A stretch of 64,000 bases of DNA from a virus. The DNA lies in the IMG/VR virus record IMGVR_UViG_3300042561_002100, positions 96,001 through 160,000 of that record; one strand, 5' to 3'. The position numbers were made by a program, and so were the translations under genes. This document shows, piece after piece, positions 36,637 through 47,320 of this stretch. The first letter of the stretch is position 1; each line of letters starts with the position of its first letter. Under the pieces are notes generated by a model, which had not been told where the DNA came from, did not search any database, and saw only the letters and a list, made by a program, of their open reading frames with translations.

Positions 36637-39339
36637 ATGCCGGCAACAAGAGTACGCCGCCCTAAAATAGAGGATCTTAAATTAACAGCAGTTCAGTTAG
36701 CGAAAGCGCAAGATTTTGTAGAAGATCTTGGAATTGGTGTTAAGGATTCTCTATATTATTATGCGATCTTATGGTGTAAAAATCACGAAAAGTCAAACGG
36801 TGATTTTCTAACAGACAATCAAAGAAAAAAGTTTGATGACGACGTAAGCAAAAATAGACGAAGTGCTCTCACGCTTAAGATTTTAGGTGAGATTAGCTTA
36901 TTACAAGAATCGGATAAAGATGATAAAGATCGGCTACAAAATAATACTTCCGCAACCAATCAACAATTAAGATCCAATACAACTCGTTTAAGACGACAGA
37001 AAACAAAGCCGATAAACAAACCACCTGTTCTAAAAATCACTATTGATAAGAGTGAAGTAGAAAAAGGTGAAAGTTATACCGTAAGCTGGAAGTCTGAAAA
37101 TGCAATAGCTGTTTCTAGATCTGTTGGATTTTATCCAAAGATTCCAGACGTTGAACTGAGTGGATCTAGAACTTTTGTTGCAGATAGAATTGGTAGTAAG
37201 ACTTTTGCTATCACAGTAAGATCAGCATCCGGTAGAGGAGTATTATCCACAGCAAAAATTCAAATTGTTGAGACAAAAACATTACCCGATCAACAAGCGG
37301 CTCCAGCATCATCGCAACCAAGAATAAAAACCGCAAGATTAACAAGATCCACATCTTCTCAAGGACCAACACAAGTTTTTGTTGATATTAATGATTCACT
37401 CACAAATATTATTAAGATTCTTGATGCACAGAATAAGTTTCTTCTAAAAATAGGTAAGAAAAAGACCCAAGAAGATGAGAATGAGAATCGTAAAAAAAGA
37501 GAATCTCTGTTAAAAAAATCTAAAAGATTCAGAAAACAGGTAATGAAAAAAGCCATGGCTCCTGTTAAGAATCTTCTTGAGAGAATATGGAAATTCATAT
37601 ATCTTACTTTTCTAGGAAGAGTTTTTACTGAATTTATAAAATGGGCAAGTGATCCAAGTAATGCAGGAAAAATAAAATCTATTAGTAGATTTTTTAAAGA
37701 CTTTTGGGTTTGGATTGCTGGTGCGGCAACAATATTCTTTACTCCACTGTATGGATTTATTAGGGGTACATTGAAGACACTCAACTTTTTCCGTAAAGTA
37801 TTAATAAAAGCTCCAATAAGAAATTTATTATTTAATCCTACGGTTTTAGCTATAGCTGGAATAACGGGATTGGCAGTTGCGGCCAATGAAGTAACAGGAC
37901 AACGAAAAGCAGCAAAGCTTCAGACAGAGAGAGCTGCCAAAGTTCAAGCCGGAAAGGCAATTGATGTTCCTGGCATTGATATTATTAACGAAAAGTATAA
38001 AACACCTGGAATTGGTGGAAGAACTGAAAGAGGTTTCCTAAAAGGTGCATCTACTGGTGGAATCGTAACACCTAGCACCGGAATAACAGTAAAGGGTGCT
38101 GGTGTTGATACTCAATTAGTTCCAATTCAAGATGGTGGTTCTGTTGTCTTACAAAAAGGAGAAGCGATTCTTCAAAAAGGTGCGAGAGAACGAATGATCT
38201 CTTCAACCGGAATTGATCCTCTTATGTTCAATATTGGAGCTAATGCTAATAGACCAAGAACAATCGGATCCAAGTTGACCACAATGAGTACAGGTGGAAT
38301 TGTTGGAGGTAAATTAGATCTCATAAAACCACAAGCTAGATCTATTCTTGACAGACTTATTAAAGGTGGTCTAACACCAACAGCCGCCGCTGGTGTTGTT
38401 TCTAATATCGGTGTTGAAAGTGCTTACACTTATGATCCAAATACTCATCAACATAGAGGTGGTCCTGGTAGAGGATTAGTTCAATGGGAAAAGGGCGGAA
38501 GATTTGATACTGATCCAATGAATCTTACATCTTTTGCTAAAAGTAGAGGAAAACCATGGAATGATTTGAATACTCAAGTTGATTTTATTCTACATGAACT
38601 AAACAATCATCCTGAATATAGTTTAGTAAAAGATAAAATCAATAAGGCTAAAAATATAGGAGAAGCAACCAAAATCTTTTTGAATGATTATGAAAAAGCC
38701 GGCACCCCTCATATTGAAAATAGATTAGCTGTCGGTAATCAATTGATGAAAAGTGGTTGGTTAAATCCACCAAAACAAAAAACAAAATCTCAGTTTCCCG
38801 ATATACTGAGAATGCTCACAGGACAGCCTAGAGCGGTTTCGGCTGCGGAATCCCCCAAACCAAGCCGGGCATCAACCAAACCAAAACCGATGCCGAAACC
38901 CCAACCCCCGCAACGGTCTTGGTGGGATCCTAGACGCCTTATGGGGTTGAAAAAGGGTGGTCTGATAAGAGCGAGTCATCCGACTGCTGGAAGTAATCCA
39001 GATGATAAACATTTAGCACTTTTGAAAGCAGGTGAGTATGTTATTCCTAGACTTACTGTTCAACGAGTCGGATTAAACTTCTTTGATAATCTTGTTGCAA
39101 AAACCGACGAGAATTCAAATGCAGCTAGAATGTTACCGATTCCAAAAGATGATAGTATTCTTCCACCATCACCAAGAATGGGTAATATGGGTGGATTTAT
39201 AACACTTCCACCGATGGCACATAACATGATGGATGATAAAACAAATTCTCCTGTGACAAGTGTTCCGAGTTTTGGTGTTATTGCACCGATGGGAACTGGT
39301 GTTCGTCAGATGCTCGCTGAAATTTACGGTATTGGTTAA
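36637..39339 (+). CDS. Large tail/baseplate protein with a phage tail lysozyme domain
   Basis: AAAGVVSNIGVES...GRGLVQWE...QVDF; basic N-terminus; CTAAATA at 36607. Confidence 0.75.
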   Translation: MPATRVRRPKIEDLKLTAVQLAKAQDFVEDLGIGVKDSLYYYAILWCKNHEKSNGDFLTDNQRKKFDDDVSKNRRSALTLKILGEISLLQESDKDDKDRLQNNTSATNQQLRSNTTRLRRQKTKPINKPPVLKITIDKSEVEKGESYTVSWKSENAIAVSRSVGFYPKIPDVELSGSRTFVADRIGSKTFAITVRSASGRGVLSTAKIQIVETKTLPDQQAAPASSQPRIKTARLTRSTSSQGPTQVFVDINDSLTNIIKILDAQNKFLLKIGKKKTQEDENENRKKRESLLKKSKRFRKQVMKKAMAPVKNLLERIWKFIYLTFLGRVFTEFIKWASDPSNAGKIKSISRFFKDFWVWIAGAATIFFTPLYGFIRGTLKTLNFFRKVLIKAPIRNLLFNPTVLAIAGITGLAVAANEVTGQRKAAKLQTERAAKVQAGKAIDVPGIDIINEKYKTPGIGGRTERGFLKGASTGGIVTPSTGITVKGAGVDTQLVPIQDGGSVVLQKGEAILQKGARERMISSTGIDPLMFNIGANANRPRTIGSKLTTMSTGGIVGGKLDLIKPQARSILDRLIKGGLTPTAAAGVVSNIGVESAYTYDPNTHQHRGGPGRGLVQWEKGGRFDTDPMNLTSFAKSRGKPWNDLNTQVDFILHELNNHPEYSLVKDKINKAKNIGEATKIFLNDYEKAGTPHIENRLAVGNQLMKSGWLNPPKQKTKSQFPDILRMLTGQPRAVSAAESPKPSRASTKPKPMPKPQPPQRSWWDPRRLMGLKKGGLIRASHPTAGSNPDDKHLALLKAGEYVIPRLTVQRVGLNFFDNLVAKTDENSNAARMLPIPKDDSILPPSPRMGNMGGFITLPPMAHNMMDDKTNSPVTSVPSFGVIAPMGTGVRQMLAEIYGIG

Positions 39340-42170
39340 TGGATCCACAATCAAAAAATCGTTCATTAACTGATAAGGCACTTGTTCTTAAGATTCGTAA
39401 AAAAGTCTTAACGATGGAGAAGGTATTAAAAAATAGTATCGGGGCACAACTTCTTAATCAAAAGAATGATGATAAACAAAAGAAGAAAAGTAAAAAATTA
39501 TCAGACGATAAAGATAAGAAAAAAAGAAGAAAACAGACGCTCTTTGAGAAGGTAAGAAATAAAGCTGCTGTTAAGACCGGAATTTTTGATGGATTAACAA
39601 ACTTTTTTGTTAATAGTCTTTTAGGTTTTGTTTTTACTAAGATCATACCATTTCTTCCAAGATTAACTGGAATTCTTGGAGCATTGAAACCTGCTGGTGA
39701 TTTTCTCGCACTTATCGCCAGACTTTTCATGGGTGCAATTGGTGGATTTATTGAGACTGGTTATAAGGTTCATGATCAATTAAAGGGTAAGCATGAGGCA
39801 ATTAAAAAGATTCCAATTAAACAAGAATTTAACTCTTTTCAGCAAGCATTAACTAATACTCTTAGTGATGTTACTGATGTTGTTTATAAAATTGCTGGTC
39901 AAGATACACCTAAAACTGCAACATCAAAAACACAACAGAAGCCAATAAAAGGTGCTGCAACTGGTGGAACAATAGGACCAACCAGAGGAAACATTCCAGT
40001 TTATAAATCTCCAACAAGAGAGCTAAAATCAACAAGACAAACAAGAGTTCCAAGAAAGCAAAGTATTCCTGAAACAAATATCGGTAAAGATGTTGGTGGT
40101 GAAGCAAAAGTTCGGAGATTTTATGGAAGTCCCAAAATCGGACTTGGTGGCATTCTCGGTATTTTTAGACCAAAAGGAACACCTTCAAGAAAAACACCAG
40201 TTGATAGTATCTCCAATGTCTCCAAGACCTTGAGAAGAAGAAATCAACTATTTGGTGATATTGCAAGTGTTGGTTCCGATCTCGCTTTAGGTCAAAAACC
40301 AAGTAAGACTGTTTATAAAAACACTGCTAAAGATGTTATTGAATTAGCGAGATTTATTGCAGAACGACAGGAGCAAAAACAAAAAGATTCAATTTTTGCA
40401 ATGGCTTATGGTGGTGTTATTCCTTCTAGAGCATCAGAAGTTGCATCCAGAAATAATCTGGTTGAAATGGTTTCTGTTATTATTGAAAGATCTGTTGAAG
40501 AAAGAGTTAATAAGGCAATTGGTGATTTTAGGCAACCCATTGGCCGAGATGAAATGCTTGAAAAGAATAGACAAAAAGGTGGCGGTGTATCTGGACCAGA
40601 TTATGGTACATCTGAAGGTGTGAGTGGTATTTCTGGGGGAACTTATGGTGGCTATAATCCCAGAGGCGGTTTAGAAAAACAGATCTACGAATATCTAACC
40701 AAAGATAAGAAGATGAGTGATATTCAAGCTCTCGGTCTTATGGCTAATATTTCAAGAGAGAGTAGTTTTATTCCAAATAACAGAGAACCTGGCGGAACTG
40801 GTATCGGATTATTCCAATGGTCTCATGGAAGACGAGTACCATTTATGAGAGCGGTTCCTGACTGGGAAACAAATTGGAAGGCGCAGATTGATTATGCACT
40901 AAATGAGCCACAATCTCTATCGGGAGTAAGACCCGGCTCCTATTCCACTAAAAGTTTTGCTTCTGCACAAGAAGCTGCAGATTGGTGGATGGCTGAATGG
41001 GAAAGACCCGCTGATAAAATTTCTGGTTCCAGAAAACATTCAGGATATTTAAGAGATATTCCTAGAGGACCACAAGGTAGTGCTATGTTTAGAGCACCCG
41101 AGTTTTCTTCTAGTGAAGTAGAATCTAAATCAACAGGATTTAGAAGTGGTCTTAAAACTGGCCCAGAAGGTAGAATTGGTGCAGGAACTGGATATCACGT
41201 TGATGCGAGATTTGTTACTGGTCTATCATTAAAGGATAAAATCGCAATGATGGATTCTATGGCATCTGCTCATGCAGCGGAAGGTTATGTTATGGAATTC
41301 TCTGGTGTTGGTGTTAGTAATCTAAGATGGAATCCTAATGCAAGTCAAAAAGAAAAAGAGGAATTAGCAAAGAGGGTGTTAGTTTCACACCATTCTGCTA
41401 GAGCAGGCTATGAGCCATTCGATTATTTTATTGTTAAACAAAATGTTAAAAATAGATTTGTTGGTGGATCTGATCTGTCTGTTTCTGGTATTGCAGGAGC
41501 TAACATAATGGCACCAAAAATATCAGGTGGAACTTTTGAATATCAAGCAGAACCCGGTGGCTATGGCAGATTTCTTGTTATTCGTGATAAGAATGGGAAT
41601 TTAGTGATGAAAATAGGTCATGGTGATTTGGGTTTACCTTCTCCAAGAGAATTAGGAAAAAGATTTAATATGGATGAATTGCGGGAGTCTGATAGTGGAT
41701 TGGTTATTAAGAATGGCAAACAAGGTGTGATGGTTGATGGCAAATTTAAACCAAAAAAATGGACAAATGAAGAAAAACTTAAATTTGAGCAAACTTCTAA
41801 TACTCCAAAGAAAGATAACAAAAAATCCAACACCAAACAAAATATTAAGACTACCACCAAAACAATTAATAATCGCTCCCGAAAAATTCCAAAAACCAAT
41901 AAACCTGCAGCTAAACCAAATGCTCTTCAAAGCACCTGGAGTAATATAAAAAGTGGATTCAAAAAATTAACAGGATTGAAGCGAGGTGGATTCATCGGTA
42001 ATTACTCAAGTGTTCCATCTGGCTATGCTTCTTATGAAAATTATGGAGGTTCGGTTATTGTTGCAATTCAACCTGTTATGATACAAAAAGAAGTGGCGAT
42101 TGATAACACTATTCCGATACCATTTCCAATGCCTTCTAGTGTAAATAATGTATCCAACTTTAGAGGATAA
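39339..42170 (+). CDS. Large tail/baseplate protein with a phage tail lysozyme domain and a possible degenerate M23-like region
   Basis: ALGLMANISRESSF...GIGLFQWS...QIDY; GGYGRFLVI...GHG. Confidence 0.72.
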   Translation: MDPQSKNRSLTDKALVLKIRKKVLTMEKVLKNSIGAQLLNQKNDDKQKKKSKKLSDDKDKKKRRKQTLFEKVRNKAAVKTGIFDGLTNFFVNSLLGFVFTKIIPFLPRLTGILGALKPAGDFLALIARLFMGAIGGFIETGYKVHDQLKGKHEAIKKIPIKQEFNSFQQALTNTLSDVTDVVYKIAGQDTPKTATSKTQQKPIKGAATGGTIGPTRGNIPVYKSPTRELKSTRQTRVPRKQSIPETNIGKDVGGEAKVRRFYGSPKIGLGGILGIFRPKGTPSRKTPVDSISNVSKTLRRRNQLFGDIASVGSDLALGQKPSKTVYKNTAKDVIELARFIAERQEQKQKDSIFAMAYGGVIPSRASEVASRNNLVEMVSVIIERSVEERVNKAIGDFRQPIGRDEMLEKNRQKGGGVSGPDYGTSEGVSGISGGTYGGYNPRGGLEKQIYEYLTKDKKMSDIQALGLMANISRESSFIPNNREPGGTGIGLFQWSHGRRVPFMRAVPDWETNWKAQIDYALNEPQSLSGVRPGSYSTKSFASAQEAADWWMAEWERPADKISGSRKHSGYLRDIPRGPQGSAMFRAPEFSSSEVESKSTGFRSGLKTGPEGRIGAGTGYHVDARFVTGLSLKDKIAMMDSMASAHAAEGYVMEFSGVGVSNLRWNPNASQKEKEELAKRVLVSHHSARAGYEPFDYFIVKQNVKNRFVGGSDLSVSGIAGANIMAPKISGGTFEYQAEPGGYGRFLVIRDKNGNLVMKIGHGDLGLPSPRELGKRFNMDELRESDSGLVIKNGKQGVMVDGKFKPKKWTNEEKLKFEQTSNTPKKDNKKSNTKQNIKTTTKTINNRSRKIPKTNKPAAKPNALQSTWSNIKSGFKKLTGLKRGGFIGNYSSVPSGYASYENYGGSVIVAIQPVMIQKEVAIDNTIPIPFPMPSSVNNVSNFRG

Positions 42171-43501
42171 TGACACTTAATCTTAATGCTGCGGTGAGTT
42201 CTTCGCAGTTAAAACAATTCACATTATACTCTAATAACAACAGAGATGTTGATATTACTGGTGGTTTTATTGAGATGTGTTTTTATCAAAGTTGTCTTGA
42301 TTATAGTGTAAGAGTAACAGCCATTATTGGTGATACTGGTTATCGTCTAGAAAACAACTCTTCTGGTATGTTTGAAAGAGATGATCTTAATCTAACGGCG
42401 GGAGAAAAAGCAACAATTCTTGCGGAAGATGGTTATGGTAATAAACTCTCATTTTTAGACGATTATCATCTAAGACTTCAACAAGTAAGAGATATAGATG
42501 AACATACAGGTAAAGCCGTATTCACTTTAGATTTTTATTCTAAAGAATGTATTGATAATGAATTGGTTGATTGTAGAGTCACCAAAAGATATAACGGTAG
42601 AATTTCTGATTCAGTTTCTTCTATTTTAAGTGAAACTCTTAAGACACCAAAAAAGCTTTATATTGATGAGACGATTAATAAGTTTAACTTTCTTGGTAAT
42701 ATAGAAAAACCATTCTATAAAATTCCTTGGCTCGCATCTAAATCGGTTCCTAATCTACCAGAATCCATCGGGAAATACGCCGGTTATTTTTTCTATGAGA
42801 CACCAGATGACGGTCATGGTAATGGAGGTTATCATTTCAAATCTATTGATAAATTTTTCTCACAGACACCCAAAAAGAAACTGATTTTCAATAATACACC
42901 ATTTCTTCCTTCCGGATATGATGAGAAGATTCTTGCATATTCAATCAATAGCTCGGTCAATTTGGATAATACTCTTAGAATGGGTTCACTCACAAAACCG
43001 ATTCTTAAAAGTTTCAATCCATTCACTCAAGAGTACAAAGAGGAAACAACTTTTAGTGATGTTGAGAGAATGAATGAGAATTATATGGGTGGTACAAATA
43101 TGCCACAAATTGCTCAGGATTTAGATCTTTGGAATAAATCAACCAAAATTTATAACAGATGGAAGCCGATCGGTATTCTTCCAACTGGTAGTACGCTTGA
43201 AAAACAATTAGAAGAGATTGAAGCCGCAGATTGGGATATTGAGTCTATTGAAAGGCAGGCAAAGGCGAGATACAATAATCTCTTCAACACCCGCCTAAAT
43301 ATTACCATTCCGGGTGATTTCTCTATTCAAGCTGGTAACATCTTAACATGTGACTTTCCAGAAATATCAGGCAAGGCATCAAAGATTGTCAGTAATAAGA
43401 AGAGTGGAAATTATCTGGTTATTGATGTGGCTCACAGAATAACAAAAATGAATTGTTTCACATCAATAAATCTAGTAAGAGAATCAATCTACAAGACATA
43501 A
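42170..43501 (+). CDS. Putative baseplate hub/tail protein (gp27-like)
   Basis: Position before gp5; GYFFYET, FKSID, ITIPGD, SGNYLV. Confidence 0.6.
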   Translation: MTLNLNAAVSSSQLKQFTLYSNNNRDVDITGGFIEMCFYQSCLDYSVRVTAIIGDTGYRLENNSSGMFERDDLNLTAGEKATILAEDGYGNKLSFLDDYHLRLQQVRDIDEHTGKAVFTLDFYSKECIDNELVDCRVTKRYNGRISDSVSSILSETLKTPKKLYIDETINKFNFLGNIEKPFYKIPWLASKSVPNLPESIGKYAGYFFYETPDDGHGNGGYHFKSIDKFFSQTPKKKLIFNNTPFLPSGYDEKILAYSINSSVNLDNTLRMGSLTKPILKSFNPFTQEYKEETTFSDVERMNENYMGGTNMPQIAQDLDLWNKSTKIYNRWKPIGILPTGSTLEKQLEEIEAADWDIESIERQAKARYNNLFNTRLNITIPGDFSIQAGNILTCDFPEISGKASKIVSNKKSGNYLVIDVAHRITKMNCFTSINLVRESIYKT

Positions 43502-43505
43502 ATTT

Positions 43506-43715
43506 ATGAATAGTATTACCGAACACATTAGATCAAATCAAAAAGAACTTGATAATCCGGGTCTTAGTCCACAAAGACGCAGACATGTTTCTCAAGAATT
43601 AGACTTTCTTGAACGTTATCAAAGAAATCATCCCGATTCCGATAAAGATCCATCGGCTCTAGAGCTTTATTGTGATGAAAATCCCAATGCATTAGAATGT
43701 AGAATTCATGAGTGA
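43506..43715 (+). CDS. cp12: Phage-type CP12 (Calvin-cycle inhibitor)
   Basis: SPQRRRH...DPSALELYCDENPNALECRI; C-terminal Cys pair. Confidence 0.85.
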   Translation: MNSITEHIRSNQKELDNPGLSPQRRRHVSQELDFLERYQRNHPDSDKDPSALELYCDENPNALECRIHE

Positions 43716-45870
43716 AACTCCTGGAGTTAATGCTACTTATTGGTGGGTGGGACAGGTTGTTGATGAGAAGAACTGGCAAAAATCTCAAACCGGTTTACTT
43801 CATCGTCCGACCGATACTAAAGGTGAAACGTTTTCTTATAAAGTGAGAATCGTAGGTCGGCACACTCCAGAAACTCCAAGTATTGATCTCCCAACGGCTT
43901 CTGTTGCCTTACCTGTAACCGCTGGCGGAGGATTGGCGGGATCTGTTCAAACACCAAACATAAGACAGGGTTCTTATGTTGTTGGGTTTTATCGTGATGG
44001 TAAAGACGGCAATGAGCCTTTTATTGCATTTGTTCTTCCGGTAAATCCAAAAACGAGTCTGTTTCCAGAAGAACCAGAAAAAGGATTTATCGCAAGAAGT
44101 GCGTTCACGAATAAACCAATTCCAACGGGAAATATCGGCGCGGAAAATAAACCCACCGAAAGCATTGATCCAAATCTATACACAACAGCCGATAGAGATC
44201 GTTATGTTGATGGAAGAAGATCCTTTTATCTTCCAAAAACAAAGGCATGTGAAGGTCCATCGGGTCCGTTAAAGGGAATTCAAAAATCTATTGGTGATGC
44301 AATATCAATAACAAATCTTATTAAATCTGGTGTATTAGGAAGTGCGTCTGATCTTTCTGGATTATTAGATAATCAATTATCCTCAATTCAAAATCGTACA
44401 ACGGGATTGGTGAAGACTCTTATTGATTCAATGAGAACTTCGGTTATGAATAAAATCAATAAGGAATTCAGCGAAAAGTTAGATCAATTTAATCCTCAAG
44501 AGAGAATCAAATACAGTAAAGAATTTGAGAGTGCTAACGATATTGTATTTTGTTTATTTCAAAAGATTCTAAATCGTCTACCCAATATTATTAAAGATCT
44601 TTTTGATAGTGTTATTGATAAGTACGTCAATGCACCTCTTTGTGCTGCGGAAAATTTTCTAGCTGAAATACTATCAAAGGTCTTTGGTGAATTATCTGAC
44701 GGTATTAGTGGAATTCTTGCATTTTCGGGAATAGGTGATGTCACCAATCAGATCTATTCTGGTTTATCAATTTTTGTTGGAGTTTTAGAGTTTCTCACCT
44801 GTGAAGATGATATAAATTGTGAGATGAATGAGCAATGGAGTATTTTTAGTGGACCCAAAAAGGCTCTTGAAAATCTAGGCTCAGATATTGATAAAAGAAT
44901 TGCTGGTATCACTTCATCTATCACAAACAATGAAAATAATTCGTCTTGTAGTACATCTCAAGTACCTTGTGGTCCACCAACCGTTAGATTCTTAAGTTCT
45001 TCGGGTTCAGGAGCATCAGCTAATCCCATCGTGAGTTTCACTGGATCTATTATCGGATTTGATATTATTACTGGTGGAAGTGGATACACATCACCACCAA
45101 CAATTGAGATTGTTGATAAATGTGGTAATGGTTCTGGTGCCATGGGAGTTGCAATTATGAGAAAAGATAATTCGTCTGTTATTGATAATGTCGTAATGAT
45201 TGATAGTGGCGCTGGTTATTTGCAATATCCAGACGGAAGTACCGGAGGAGAAGGATTTATATTCTCAAATCCAAATGATACGATTATTTTCAATGAAACT
45301 TCAGGATATTCTGTCTATGGTCCAGGAACTGTTGTTGATGTACTGGAAAATGATTTAATTTATTTTAAGACTTTTGCTAATACCACAGTTTATAATTCCA
45401 GCGGAAATGTTTTACAAGACATAATTGGAAAAGGTCCGACAGTTCCAGTGACAATAAACTATAATGGAACTCTCACAACTTCGGTATCAGATGATATAAT
45501 CTCAAATCGTGGTGATTTTCCTTCTTCTGATAACTCTTATCCAGTTGTTCTCACTATTGATGATATAGCTGTCACTAATTCTGGATCTAATTATGTTAAT
45601 GGTGATGAAGTAGTATTAGCTCCGTCTAATGGCGCTGAAATTTCAATCTCCTTTGATAACAATGGATCTATTAAAAATGTGGTTGTTAACAATGGAGGAA
45701 TAGGCTTTACAGAAGTTCCAAAAATATCAATTAAAACAAAAACCGGATTCAATGCAAATCTTATTCCTGTGTTTAAGGTTCTAAGAGTTGGTGATAGTAA
45801 AGAAGATATTATACCACCAAATACACCTATCGTGAATGTTATTGATTGTGTGGGGGTTGTAGAGAAATGA
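43708..45870 (+). CDS. gp5: Baseplate hub/spike protein (N-terminal OB fold)
   Basis: WWVGQV, KVRIVG, VVGFYRDG; C-terminal beta-rich repeats. Confidence 0.8.
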   Translation: MSETPGVNATYWWVGQVVDEKNWQKSQTGLLHRPTDTKGETFSYKVRIVGRHTPETPSIDLPTASVALPVTAGGGLAGSVQTPNIRQGSYVVGFYRDGKDGNEPFIAFVLPVNPKTSLFPEEPEKGFIARSAFTNKPIPTGNIGAENKPTESIDPNLYTTADRDRYVDGRRSFYLPKTKACEGPSGPLKGIQKSIGDAISITNLIKSGVLGSASDLSGLLDNQLSSIQNRTTGLVKTLIDSMRTSVMNKINKEFSEKLDQFNPQERIKYSKEFESANDIVFCLFQKILNRLPNIIKDLFDSVIDKYVNAPLCAAENFLAEILSKVFGELSDGISGILAFSGIGDVTNQIYSGLSIFVGVLEFLTCEDDINCEMNEQWSIFSGPKKALENLGSDIDKRIAGITSSITNNENNSSCSTSQVPCGPPTVRFLSSSGSGASANPIVSFTGSIIGFDIITGGSGYTSPPTIEIVDKCGNGSGAMGVAIMRKDNSSVIDNVVMIDSGAGYLQYPDGSTGGEGFIFSNPNDTIIFNETSGYSVYGPGTVVDVLENDLIYFKTFANTTVYNSSGNVLQDIIGKGPTVPVTINYNGTLTTSVSDDIISNRGDFPSSDNSYPVVLTIDDIAVTNSGSNYVNGDEVVLAPSNGAEISISFDNNGSIKNVVVNNGGIGFTEVPKISIKTKTGFNANLIPVFKVLRVGDSKEDIIPPNTPIVNVIDCVGVVEK

Positions 45871-46523
45871 TTGATCTATCACATTTAAAAATTAATGAGA
45901 CTGGACCAAAGACGAATCCTGAAGCTATCGCTTATGGTAATAAAGATGGTAAGATTCATTTTGGTTATATGTACACCGCTAATCTTGATGCAACAGCGGC
46001 AAGTGCATTAGCCGGAGTTCATATACAGGGATTCCATTCACTCCATTATATGAGTTTGATGAAGAATGGACCAATGAAAGGTTCTACTATTAATCGTTGC
46101 CCTGGACCTTATCAGATTGTTTGTGCATCTGAACATGCAGGAGTCGTCGGTGAAACTGATGGAACCGGTTATTTTCTGTTTGTTGAAAACGGAGATGTTG
46201 TTATAAGAGCCCCAAACGGACGAGTAAGAATTTCCGGTCAAGATGTTGACATAAGAGCGGAAGGGTCAGACACTTCAAGAGGCACAATCAATCTGGATTC
46301 AAATCAAGCCGTTAATATAAAAACCGGAAGCTTTGATGTAAAGGCCGATCTTGGTATGAAACTCTTCACTCCAAAGAGCATAGATATAGTAGCGAACACT
46401 TCTTTGGGCCTGATCAGTAATTTCGTTAATGGTCTCACCGCAGCATCTTCAACGAGACCAGCTAAAGGAGTTCCAATATCAGCTTCTACTAAAAAGTTCA
46501 AAAATTCTCAAAGTTATAATTAA
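45867..46523 (+). CDS. gp5 C-terminal-like baseplate protein
   Basis: ENGDVVIRAPNGRVRISGQDVDIRA beta-helix-like repeats. Confidence 0.6.
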   Translation: MIDLSHLKINETGPKTNPEAIAYGNKDGKIHFGYMYTANLDATAASALAGVHIQGFHSLHYMSLMKNGPMKGSTINRCPGPYQIVCASEHAGVVGETDGTGYFLFVENGDVVIRAPNGRVRISGQDVDIRAEGSDTSRGTINLDSNQAVNIKTGSFDVKADLGMKLFTPKSIDIVANTSLGLISNFVNGLTAASSTRPAKGVPISASTKKFKNSQSYN

Positions 46524-46525
46524 GT

Positions 46526-47320
46526 ATGGCATTTTCACAAGACGATGTATGTGTATCTCATCAATTAGTTGTTGGTGATGGTTTTCCTGATTTTTTGGGT
46601 GTCGGCGAAGAAAAGATAAGAGGATCGGCCTATGTTGAAGGTCCGATGGTTATTGGTGATCCTGATATTTTTTCAAATGTTTCTGCAACACTTATCGTTG
46701 GTCCCAATATTAACGTAGACTCGGAACCATCTTTTGTTGGTGGTAATGGTATTTGTGGTAATAATTATAGTCCATATTCACTAGCGGTTTCCGGTGATGC
46801 TGTTATTTTTGATAATCTCAGTGTTAATGGTAGAGTGGATGTTGGTACTCATCTTGTCGCTCAAGGAGAAGTGATTTCTAGATGCGGTAAACATGTTCTT
46901 TCGGCTAAGAAGAATTTTGATATTGAACATCCATCAAAACCCGGTTGGAGATTAAGACACACCTGCCCCGAAGCACCATCTAATGATGTTTATATTAGAG
47001 GAACACTTAAAAATTCAAATGAAATCTTATTACCAAAATACTGGAAAGATTTTGTTGATATTGAATCAATAACAGTCAATATCACACCAATTAAAACCCT
47101 TCAAAATATTACAGTAAAAGATATAACAGAAGAAAGAATTCTTTTGCTTTCCAATTTTTCAATGCCTATTCATTGTTTTTATCATGTCTTTGCTGAAAGA
47201 AAAGATGGTGAAAAATTGATTCCAGAATATAGTGGTGATAGTCCAGCCGATTATCCCGGTAATAATAACGAATATTCAATTTCGGGTTATCACTACGACG
47301 TAAAAAATAATCATGGTTGA
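46526..47320 (+). CDS. Structural protein with an intramolecular-chaperone-like C-terminal domain
   Basis: KNFDIEHPSKPGWRLRHTCPEAP...YIRG. Confidence 0.7.
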   Translation: MAFSQDDVCVSHQLVVGDGFPDFLGVGEEKIRGSAYVEGPMVIGDPDIFSNVSATLIVGPNINVDSEPSFVGGNGICGNNYSPYSLAVSGDAVIFDNLSVNGRVDVGTHLVAQGEVISRCGKHVLSAKKNFDIEHPSKPGWRLRHTCPEAPSNDVYIRGTLKNSNEILLPKYWKDFVDIESITVNITPIKTLQNITVKDITEERILLLSNFSMPIHCFYHVFAERKDGEKLIPEYSGDSPADYPGNNNEYSISGYHYDVKNNHG

